A stretch of 38,873 nt of DNA from Chlorokybus atmophyticus. Taxonomy: Eukaryota > Plantae > Mesostigma and Chlorokybus algae. The translations under genes were made by a program, and so were the position numbers. Under the pieces are notes generated by a model. That model saw only the letters and a program-made list of their open reading frames with translations. It was not told the origin of the DNA and ran no database searches. The first letter of the stretch is position 1. Every line of letters begins with the position of its first letter. This document shows, one piece after another, positions 23,073 to 33,300 of the stretch. The DNA lies in NCBI GenBank assembly GCA_009103225.1, contig RHPI01000671.1, positions 510,152-549,024 on the forward strand. Direction: 5' to 3'.

Positions 23073-26000
23073 CTACCTCTGCTGCTGCGGCTGCTGTTGC
23101 TGCTGTGTTTCCTCATGCTCCCGCCGCTGCTTTCGCTGCTCCTTTCCCTGCTGAGCCATTCGCTTTATCTGTTGGCGCTTCTCCTCCTTCTTCCGCTTCA
23201 GCTGCTTACGCAGCTGCTCCTGCTGCTCAAGGGTCTCCTGTGCAGCTATCATCTCCTGCTCACGCTGATATGCAGCTTGATGTGCCAGCTTCTTGCCCTC
23301 CCGACGACTGCTGATTTGTTCCAGTCGTTCCAATTTCTGCAACCTGCTTGGCCTTGCTTTGCCGAACTCAAACTTTGAACGATCTAGGAGGTGTGCTTGC
23401 TGTTTAACAAGCAAGGTCCGTTCATAAGTCTTGGCAGCCGACACAAGCAAATCGAACTGATCAGCATTCCAATCTTGGTTGCAAGGACCCTTGGGCACGC
23501 CAATGCGCACTACTTTCCTGAGTCCCTGGAGAAACAGTTGTAGTTCAAGGGCCTTAGGCACCAGCTCAACGCAGGTGTTTGCCACCCCGCACAATTGTGC
23601 AAACTGCGCGTGATATTCGTCCACGGTGCGCTCCCCCTGTTGCACACGATGCAGCTTCTAGAAAGCACCGGAAGGCGTGTTGTCCCTTTGCAAAGCAGCT
23701 CGCTGTTGGCGGCGTGACGGGCGGCGTCTGCGTTTCTTGGGGTCACTGGTGTTACTGGTTGCTGCGGTGCTGATGTCAATTGACATATCACTGATAGCAT
23801 CAGCCTCCTCCTCAACAGCGACATCAACCTGCATAGCGCCAGCCTCCTGCTGGCTCCTGGCCTCAGCCTCCTGCCTTTGCTGGTCTTTAGCCTCGTTGGC
23901 CTTAGCCTCGGCCTCCTGCCTCTGCTTGGCCTCGGCCTCCTCCTGCTTGGCCTTAGCATTGGCCTCATCCTGCTTGGCCTTGGCCTCCTCCTGCTGCTGC
24001 TTGGCCTCGGCCTCCAGCCTCTGCTTGGCCTTGGCATTGGCCTCATCCTGCTTGGCCTTGGCCTCCGCCTCCTGCCTCTGCTTGGCCTCGGCCTCCTCCT
24101 GCCGCTGCTTGGCATTGTCCTCATCCAGCTTGGCCTTGGCCTCCGCCTCCTGCCGCTGCTTGGCCTCCTGCTTGGCCTCCTGCTTGGCCTGCTTGGCCTC
24201 GGCATCAGCTTGCTACTTGGGCTGGGGCTCGGCTTGCTGCTTGGGCTGGGGCTGGGGCTGCGGCTCGGGCTGGGGCTGGGCTTGCTGCTGGGGCTGGGGC
24301 TGGAGCTGGGGCTCGGCTTGCTGCTTGGGCTGGGGCTGGGGCTGCGGCTCGGGCTGGGGCTGGGCTTGCTGCTGGGGCTGGGGCTGGAGCTGGGGCTGGG
24401 CTTGCTGCTTGGGCTGGGGCTGGGGCTGCGGCTCGGGCTGGGGCTGGGCTTGCTGCTGGGGCTGGGGCTGGGGCTCGGCATCTGCAGGGTACATGCAGCG
24501 CAGGACTTCTGGTGGCATGTCGCTGCGCTGCCAAGAGAGTATACCATTTGCATCACCAACAGACATGTAATGCGCGCTGGGCTTGCTTGGATCCGTGTTG
24601 CCAATGATTATATGGCCAGCCACATCGATAACATCCTCGCCAATCACCACTACAGGTTTGACGGAATGCTTCTCTCCCTTGGCATCCACTGTGTAGTACC
24701 TCCCGTCATCGCCTTCGATGAGGCCGCCCTTGTGCTCTGCTTCCCAGCAGTACTGCTTCTCGTCGGCAACCTCAGTGAGCTGCACAGTACCGATGTGAAT
24801 GCCAAGAGCGTGCGCCATGATCGCCACTTGCAGTTGATCGGCATAAACGCTCTCTTCAGCGATCACTTTCTGCAGAGCCTCTACAGCGTTGTCTTCATCT
24901 TGCTTAGTCTTGAGTTGCTTTTTGTTAAGTGCCCTGGTTACGCCATATTTCCTGGCCATCTTTTTGTAATCCTAGCCCATGTCACCACAGGCCCCGTAGT
25001 TGCGATACTCCAGCAACCAATAAAGGTTGACCTGCTCAGCACAGATCTTCCGAAGCTTTTGCGCTTGCTCTCTTGTTGGCAGCTGTTTGCCATTGTCCAG
25101 CACAATGCTTCGCCAGAAAGACCCGTTGTCCGCTGCGTTCGCGCGTGTCAAGCACGCAGCGTTCACGCGAGGGCGCGACTGGGCAAGGCAGGCATAGAAG
25201 CAATTCCCATCTGCATAGGCATCGAAAAGCCGAAGCCGGTGTTTATCATGCAACAGCCCAACCAGCTCTAACTCGCCCTCCGTTTCTGCTGGAGGTAGAC
25301 CGTCTTCTGGTTCAACAGCAGAAGCAGAGGTACCGGCTTCAGGTCGAGGCCCTTCCTGCATTTGTGCAGTCTGGGACTTGCGTGGGGCCTCAGCTTTCTG
25401 CTGGGCCTCCGCGTCGGCTTGCTGCTTGGCCTCAGCATCCGCTTGCTGCTTGGCCTCCGCGTCAGCTTGCTGCTTGGCTTGGGCCTCCACTTGCTGCTTG
25501 GGCGCCTCTGTTTCGTAGTCAAGACCGTATTCCCCGATGTCGATGCCCATAGCAGCTGCCTCTGGATCACATAGCCTTAGCTCTTCCTCCACATACTGCC
25601 GTAGCTTGAGCCTCCATTCTCGATTGAGGGAAGCCAAGTCTGGTTTGCGCAGCGCTTTCTTGATAAAGACCACCAGCTCACCCCATGACATGAGGTTCTT
25701 GCTCTTCGCCTTCGCTTTCCTCCAGTCAGAGAATTTCTTTCCCCACTTTGTCTTCGTTTCTTCATGGATGTCATTATCGGTAACAACATCTTCAAGGCCA
25801 AAATGCCCGAGGTCCATACCCCTAGCAGCTGCCTCCGGATCACAAAGCCTGAGCTGGTCCTCCACGAACTTCCGTAGGCAGATCTGCAAGTTCTTGTCGA
25901 GCTCAAGCAAGCGAGGATCTTCATTCAGGTTCTTCTGCATTACTTCAACCACGACATCCCAACTGTATTCTGTGGACATCTTCGCCTTCCCAGCCTTCTC

Positions 26001-26353
26001 CTCCTCCCTTAGTTTCCGCCAATTATTGAACCCCTCCAGCAACTGAGCCTTTGTGGTGTCAAAAAGGTCTGCAATAGACAGTGTTATTGCAACAATGGTG
26101 GCAAACAACCGCAGTGAGCATGCGTTAGTATGGTCAGCTGGAACAGCGCTACATTACTTGATTTCTTGCAGGGTTTCTGCAGGACAGCTTCCTTCTTAGC
26201 AGGTTCCTTCTTGTGCGCTGGACCCTTGTGCTTCTTGTCTGTGTGCATGACCAGTGTTACCACATGTTAACAATAATCATGCTGAACAAGCATACATTAC
26301 TTATTACCTGCAGGCTTAAACTGGCCAAGGGGAACGAGCTTTCGCTTGGACAT
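23073..26353 (-). pseudogene. Large protein: duplicated unknown domain + OTU-like cysteine protease + PQ/AKQ repeats + Gag-like capsid segment; three in-frame TAGs
   Basis: Two short 5' exons (MSKRKLVPLGQFKPA|DKKHK...) splice to a single frame of about 3 kb, broken only by TAG at 24972, 24213 and 23658. OTU motifs: DAYADGNCFYACLAQ, YADQLQVAIMAHALGIHI, HYMSV. Gag-like: QQGERTVDEYHAQFAQL...LFLQGLR. Confidence 0.75.
23850..24480 (-). repeat. Coding repeats: 72-bp PQ-rich units (24213-24480) and AKQ/EAEAK coiled-coil units (23850-24210)
   Basis: QPQQQAQPQPEPQPQPQPKQQA repeated three times; EAKQRQEAEAKAKQDEANA-type repeats. Confidence 0.9.
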
Positions 26354-26500
26354 GATGAACGACCTGAGGAAAGCCTCACAGCCAAAAACAAGCACACATA
26401 GTTGAGCAACATGAGCATGCACACACACACACGGCTGCCTATTTGAGCATGCAGACAAGCCTGAGCATGCACACTTTAGCCTCAGCCACAATGAAAACTA

Positions 26501-28693
26501 TAAAACAGCTTGAAAACTGAGCAAGAGGTGGTCTTACGCACGAGGCCGCCCCTCTGGTTAGCATCAAGTGGTGGCTAACAAGAGTGCATGCTCAAATAAA
26601 ACAGCTTGAAAACTGAGCAAGAGGTGGTCTTACGCACGAGGCCGCCCCTCTGGTTAGCATCAAGTGGTGGCTAACAAGAGTGCATGCTCAAATAAAACAG
26701 CTTGAAAACTGAGCAAGAGGTGGTCTTACGCACGAGGCCGCCCCTCTGGTTAGCATCAAGTGGTGGCTAACAAGAGTGCATGCTCAAATAAAACAGCTTG
26801 AAAACTGAGCAAGAGGTGGTCTTACGCACGAGGCCGCCCCTCTGGTTAGCATCAAGTGGTGGCTAACAAGAGTGCATGCTCAAATAAAACAGCTTGAAAA
26901 CTGAGCAAGAGGTGGTCTTACGCACGAGGCCGCCCCTCTGGTTAGCATCAAGTGGTGGCTAACAAGAGTGCATGCTCAAATAAAACAGCTTGAAAACTGA
27001 GCAAGAGGTGGTCTTACGCACGAGGCCGCCCCTCTGGTTAGCATCAAGTGGTGGCTAACAAGAGTGCATGCTCAAATAAAACAGCTTGAAAACTGAGCAA
27101 GAGGTGGTCTTACGCACGAGGCCGCCCCTCTGGTTAGCATCAAGTGGTGGCTAACAAGAGTGCATGCTCAAATAAAACAGCTTGAAAACTGAGCAAGAGG
27201 TGGTCTTACGCACGAGGCCGCCCCTCTGGTTAGCATCAAGTGGTGGCTAACAAGAGTGCATGCTCAAATAAAACAGCTTGAAAACTGAGCAAGAGGTGGT
27301 CTTACGCACGAGGCCGCCCCTCTGGTTAGCATCAAGTGGTGGCTAACAAGAGTGCATGCTCAAATAAAACAGCTTGAAAACTGAGCAAGAGGTGGTCTTA
27401 CGCACGAGGCCGCCCCTCTGGTTAGCATCAAGTGGTGGCTAACAAGAGTGCATGCTCAAATAAAACAGCTTGAAAACTGAGCAAGAGGTGGTCTTACGCA
27501 CGAGGCCGCCCCTCTGGTTAGCATCAAGTGGTGGCTAACAAGAGTGCATGCTCAAATAAAACAGCTTGAAAACTGAGCAAGAGGTGGTCTTACGCACGAG
27601 GCCGCCCCTCTGGTTAGCATCAAGTGGTGGCTAACAAGAGTGCATGCTCAAATAAAACAGCTTGAAAACTGAGCAAGAGGTGGTCTTACGCACGAGGCCG
27701 CCCCTCTGGTTAGCATCAAGTGGTGGCTAACAAGAGTGCATGCTCAAATAAAACAGCTTGAAAACTGAGCAAGAGGTGGTCTTACGCACGAGGCCGCCCC
27801 TCTGGTTAGCATCAAGTGGTGGCTAACAAGAGTGCATGCTCAAATAAAACAGCTTGAAAACTGAGCAAGAGGTGGTCTTACGCACGAGGCCGCCCCTCTG
27901 GTTAGCATCAAGTGGTGGCTAACAAGAGTGCATGCTCAAATAAAACAGCTTGAAAACTGAGCAAGAGGTGGTCTTACGCACGAGGCCGCCCCTCTGGTTA
28001 GCATCAAGTGGTGGCTAACAAGAGTGCATGCTCAAATAAAACAGCTTGAAAACTGAGCAAGAGGTGGTCTTACGCACGAGGCCGCCCCTCTGGTTAGCAT
28101 CAAGTGGTGGCTAACAAGAGTGCATGCTCAAATAAAACAGCTTGAAAACTGAGCAAGAGGTGGTCTTACGCACGAGGCCGCCCCTCTGGTTAGCATCAAG
28201 TGGTGGCTAACAAGAGTGCATGCTCAAATAAAACAGCTTGAAAACTGAGCAAGAGGTGGTCTTACGCACGAGGCCGCCCCTCTGGTTAGCATCAAGTGGT
28301 GGCTAACAAGAGTGCATGCTCAAATAAAACAGCTTGAAAACTGAGCAAGAGGTGGTCTTACGCACGAGGCCGCCCCTCTGGTTAGCATCAAGTGGTGGCT
28401 AACAAGAGTGCATGCTCAAATAAAACAGCTTAAAAACTGAGCAAGAGGTGGTCTTACGCACGAGGCCGCCCCTCTGGTTAGTATCAAGTGGTGGCTAACA
28501 AGAGTGCATGCTCAAATAAAACAGCTTAAAAACTGAGCAAGAGGTGGTCTTACGCACGAGGCCGCCCCTCTGGTTAGCATCAAGTGGTGGCTAACAAGAG
28601 TGCATGCTCAAATAAAACAGCTTAAAAACTGAGCAAGAGGTGGTCTTACGCACGAGGCCGCCCCTCTGGTTAGCATTAAGTGGTGGCTAACAA
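26501..28693. repeat. 96-bp tandem satellite, about 22.8 copies, nearly homogeneous
   Basis: Unit taaaacagcttgaaaactgagcaagaggtggtcttacgcacgaggccgcccctctggttagcatcaagtggtggctaacaagagtgcatgctcaaa. The 480-bp (5-unit) line periodicity is visible. Variants occur only in the last three units. Confidence 0.98.
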
Positions 28694-29001
28694 CATAGAC
28701 AACATGCACTTTTGATAGTTAGCGAAATGATCAAACGGGCATGCATGCAAACAAAGACAAGCACGGCATGTGCTGCACCTTGTTGGAAGCAGTGCCAAAA
28801 CCCTCCAGCAAGCCCACCCGAAGCTGCAAGAAACCACCTCGCCAGGGTTCTCGGACCCAATGAAGTAACTACAACAACCAAGCGAAAACACAACACTTGC
28901 ACTTCAGCATTGAAGCCAACGCCGCCGCCGACCTCGCCAACAACGCCGCCCTTGCCGCCCAGCCTTGCCAGTTGCAAGTTGTCTGCTCGATCGCGACACC
29001 A

Positions 29002-29086
29002 AAACCCTAAGCAAATCAGTAATGGTCCATCAGTGATGGGCTATCACCTTTGACGCCATAGCCGGCATCCCTAACCCTAACCCTAA
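29002..29086. promoter_or_regulatory. Telo-box and short interstitial telomeric repeats
   Basis: AAACCCTAA at 29002-29010 and (CCCTAA)3 at 29069-29086. Another TAACCCTAACCCTAACC lies at 29710-29726. Confidence 0.6.
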
Positions 29087-29334
29087 TGTTTTTGTAAGTT
29101 GTTGTAGTTTGCAAGGTTGGTGGCGGGGAGGTTGTTGTGGTCGGCGGCGAGGTTGTCTTGGTCGGCCGCGGCAGCGTCTTTAGTTATAAAGGTTGTGGGC
29201 GGCGTGGTCGGTGGCGAGGTGCTTGAGGTTGGCGGCGACGGCGGCAGCCATCCTTGGTTGATGCAGAGCTACTTAGGCAGATACGTGCAAGCCTGCCTGC
29301 ATGCATGTTTTGTTTGTGCGCGTGCGTGTGTGTA

Positions 29335-29660
29335 TGTGTGCTGGTCATTCACTGGGGCGGCATGTAAGCCCTCAGTGTCCTGCCTTGTGGTTTCCGTTAT
29401 TTGCATGTGTTGGTGATTCACTGGGGCGGCATGTAAGCCCTCAGTGACCTGCCTTGTGGTTTTGTTTCTGTGATTCTGTTGGTGATTCACTAGGGCGGTC
29501 TGTAAGATCTCAGTGACCTGCCTTGTTTTTGTGTTTCTGTGCATGTGTGCTGGTGAGTCGCTGGGGCGGTCTGTAAGACCTCAGTGTCCTGCCTTGTGGT
29601 TTTTCTGTGAATGTGTTGGTGAGGAGCTGGGACGGTCTGTAAGACCTCAGACGGGCCCTG
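29335..29660. repeat. Five degenerate tandem units of 66-71 bp
   Basis: Core ctggggcgg..tgtaag.cctcagtg.cctgccttgt at about 29351, 29420, 29489, 29560 and 29626. Confidence 0.9.
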
Positions 29661-29896
29661 TGGTGTGGACTGGGTGAATGTTTTTGTGACTCTGTTTCGC
29701 CATATGTTATAACCCTAACCCTAACCGCCCGGACATGTTGTTGTAGGTTGTGGCCGGGAGGCGGCGAGGTTGCCGTGGTTGGCGGCGAAGTCTTTGAGGT
29801 CGGTGGCGACGGCGCCAGCGATCTTGAGTTCCTAGCAAGAAACTCAGGCAGATATGTCGCATGCAGATTTTAGTCAAGGTCGGCGGCGGCGGCGCC

Positions 29897-30320
29897 TGTT
29901 GAAGGACTAGCATGCACATGTAGTTGAGGCAAGCATGGATGCACAGAGACAGAGCTACCGCCACCAGAGCATACACAAGTCACATCACATTCATCTATTA
30001 CAAGTTGTCCGCTGGTTCTTATAGCAGCCAGTTACACACACGTCTACGTTTGCAAGCACTGCGTAAGCTATACTCAGCCTTTTGACGCGCTCTAAGCTGC
30101 GTTGTCTTCCTTACAACTAGAGCTTTCCAACAAAATCTTACACGCCCAATATGAGTAAGTATACGCGGAGATACGAAGCAATTAGTAAGGCTCCAGTCTG
30201 GAGTCCGGAGTCTGGTCCGACGATGCCATCTTGCTAAGTCCGGACCTAGTGCTCGTCCTTACGACCTTCTACTCCTGTGTGGAGGGTCGATGCTGATCGT
30301 ATGTAGGAATACTCTCAACA
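29897..30320 (-). repeat. Copia 3' LTR
   Basis: tgttgaagg...ctctcaaca, followed on the plus strand by the PPT complement ctccca. Confidence 0.97.
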
Positions 30321-30362
30321 CTCCCACGCGAGCAGCTTGACCTCCAACGCTTGCTCCTGTAG

Positions 30363-33300
30363 TCAAACACAGATGCCAAGTCCTGCACAACAAGTCTTGA
30401 ACTTGAGTGGTGACAATGGCTTTGTCATGAAGTCCGCCAGCATGCCCTCAGTGTTGCAGTACTGGAACTCCACCTCCTTCCTTGTGACTCTGTCACGCAC
30501 AAAATGATGCATGACATCAATGTGCTTCGTCCTTGCTGAGGCAATAGGGTGCTTCAACAACTTGATGGCTCCTTGGTTGTCACAGTTGATGACGATGCAC
30601 GCCATGGGGTGCTCCAAGTCTGCCATGAGCTTGCGAAGCCAGAGTGCCTCCTTCACTGCTGCTGCCGCTGCCATGTACTCAGCCTCTGATGTAGATGCTG
30701 CTGTTGTTGGCTGCAGCCTGCTGTTCCAGCTCACCACGCCTCCGTTCAGCTTGAAGACGTAGCCTGTAGTGGACCTCCTGCTGTTGAGGTCACCAGCAAA
30801 GTCCGAGTCGCAGTAGCCCTCCAACTCAGTGCTCCCGCTCCCAAACTTGATGCCAACTGTTGCGCTCCCAGCAACATAGCGTAGTACTCCCTTTGCTGCT
30901 CTCCAGTGCTCCATGCTCGGTGCAGACATGTAGCGAGCAAGTACTCCCACAGCATGTGCAACATCGGGACGTGTGCACACTGCCAGATAGAGCATGCTGC
31001 CTACCAGCTCACCATATGGATACTGAGCCTTGTCGAGTACCTCCTCATCCTTTGCCTTGATGAGGGCAGTGCCAAGTGCCAACGGTGTGGTCTTGGTCTT
31101 CGCTTCAGTGAGCCCAAACTTGGTGACGAGTCTTCTCACCATCTGCTCCTGACTGATCTTGATTGTGCGAGCCGCCCTGTCGCGCTCAATCACCATGCCA
31201 AGGAACCACTTGGCCTCTCCAAGATCACGAACTGAGAATGCTTGCTGTAGAGCAAGTTTCGTCTCCTGCAGGTGGTGCACCTGCCTGGCGGTGATGATGA
31301 TATCATCAACATACACGAGCAGCCAGACCTTGTTGTCTGCATGGATGAAGAGCCCAGGGTCTGCAGAGGATGCGGTGAAGCCAAGTGCCTCCAGCTCCTT
31401 GGTGAGCTTGATGTGCCACATACGCGGTGCCTGTCGCAGCCCGTACAGTGCCTTGATCAGCTTGCACGCTGTGCCTCTCTCCCCTTCTTCATATCCAGGT
31501 GGTTGCTCGATGAAGATCTCCTCCTCCAGCTCTCCGTAGAGGAAGGCAGTCTTCACATCCAGGTGATGCAGCTCTAGGTCTTCAGCAGCAACCATAGCTA
31601 GCAGTGCACGGAAGGTGGTATGCTTACTTGCAGGTGCAAACACTTCGTTGAAGTCCACACCTTCCTGCTGCAAGAAGCCCTTTGCCACCAGTCTTGCCTT
31701 GTAGCGCTCAATGTTGCCCTGACCATCACGCTTCACCTTGAAGACCCATTTCACTGGAATGGTCTTCACTCCTTGCGGTAACTGCTCCAGTGACCAAGTG
31801 TTGTTGGCATGGAGTGACGCAATCTCCTCGTCCATAGCACGCTGCCATTGCTCCGCATCTGGTGCTAACAATGCCTCCTCGTAGGTGCTTGGCTCCTCAT
31901 TCTGCACACTGGCGACGTGTGCCTTGTGTAGGAAGTCAGGTGCCTTTCTCTCCCTCACTGGGTATCTCCGAGCTGCGTGCTCCTGCTGCAGGTGCGACTG
32001 CTTGTCTGCTACAGTAGAGTCCTGCTCACCCTTATCGTCGATGATGGCCTTGCCTGTAGCCTCCACTGTTTCAGGATGCTCCGGCTGTGCTTCATCTTCA
32101 GGAAAGAAGCCTGCTTCTGGTTGTGATAATCCCTCGTGGAAAACCACCTCTCTGCTCACGATGATCTTCTGAGTGTCCTCGAGCAAGATCCTGTAAGCCT
32201 TGGAACCCGGTTCATAGCCAACGAAGATGCCCTTCTTGCTGACCGGCTCCAGCTTGTGCCTGAGCTGTTTAGGCACTAGTGCATATGCCGTGCATCCAAA
32301 CACACGCATACCACTCACATCTGGTGTGGCTCCATAGAAGTGCTCCCACGGAGTCTTCTGCTCTGAGCTCACCGGAGACCTGTTGCGGATGTAGTTGGCA
32401 GTGAGTACCGCCTCCTTCCACATACTGTCATCCATCTTTGTGTCGTTGAGCATGGCTCGAACACGCTCCAAGAGTGTCCTGTTGAGGCGTTCAGCTGCTC
32501 CATTCTGCTGCGGGGTGTAGGGTGCCGTTGTCTCGTGGCGTATGCCCTTGCTGGCGAAGAACTCCTTCAACTCCTTGTTGATGTACTCCCCTCCTCGATC
32601 ACTCCTCATTGCCTTCATCTTGTTGCCAGACTGGGTCTCCAACAAGGCCACGACTGTGCGCACAGCTCCAGCAACTTCTGACTTGAGCGTCAATGGAAAG
32701 ATGATGGACAGCTTGCTGTAGTCGTCGAGGAATGTAGCAAAGTACCTGGCCCCTCCCTTCGCCACAATGCGCATAGGGCCACAAACATCCATGTGCACAA
32801 GCTCGCAAGGATGCTGACTGCTAGAAGAGGATGATGGGAATGGCATAGCATGCTGCTTTGCAACCAGGCATGGTTCACAAAGTGCACCTGATGCATTCTT
32901 GAGTTCTTCTGTGCTGAGATGGATGCCCTTGACCATCTTCTCAGCGACAAGGCGAGTGAGGTTGACGTAGCTGAGATGCCCGAACCTTCGATGCCACAAT
33001 GTTGGCGACTCCTTGTCCTTCACCACCATGGCTTGAATGTCTCTGTCTTGAGGCTGCTCCACGTGGTAGAGCCCTCCCGGATCAGCGATTCCAACCATGT
33101 GCACGACCCCATCAAGGATGACTGAGCAGCCACCCTTCCGAAATAGGATCTCCGCGCCTAAGCGCTCCGCAACCCTCACAGAGAATAGACTCGCAATAGC
33201 CTTAGGAACATGCAGGACGTTGCGTAACAACACCTCGCGTAGTGTGTTACCAACCTTGCACTGGAGTCGTACGTTGCCAACTCCCTCAGCCACCAGTACT

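Noticed and set aside
23510-25570. Leu-Gly-rich (23877-25271 +), Ala-Ser/Cys-rich (23677-24570 +) and Pro-Ser/Arg-rich (23510-24604 -) ORFs as real proteins
   Set aside because: They are antisense or shifted-frame shadows of the PQ/AKQ coding repeats. The OTU-Gag frame carries the recognisable motifs.
26501-28693. CRISPR array
   Set aside because: Units are identical end to end with no unique spacers, there are no cas genes, and the context is eukaryotic. It is a tandem satellite.
29069-29726. True telomere or chromosome end
   Set aside because: Only about 3 repeat units per site, internal, with complex sequence on both sides.
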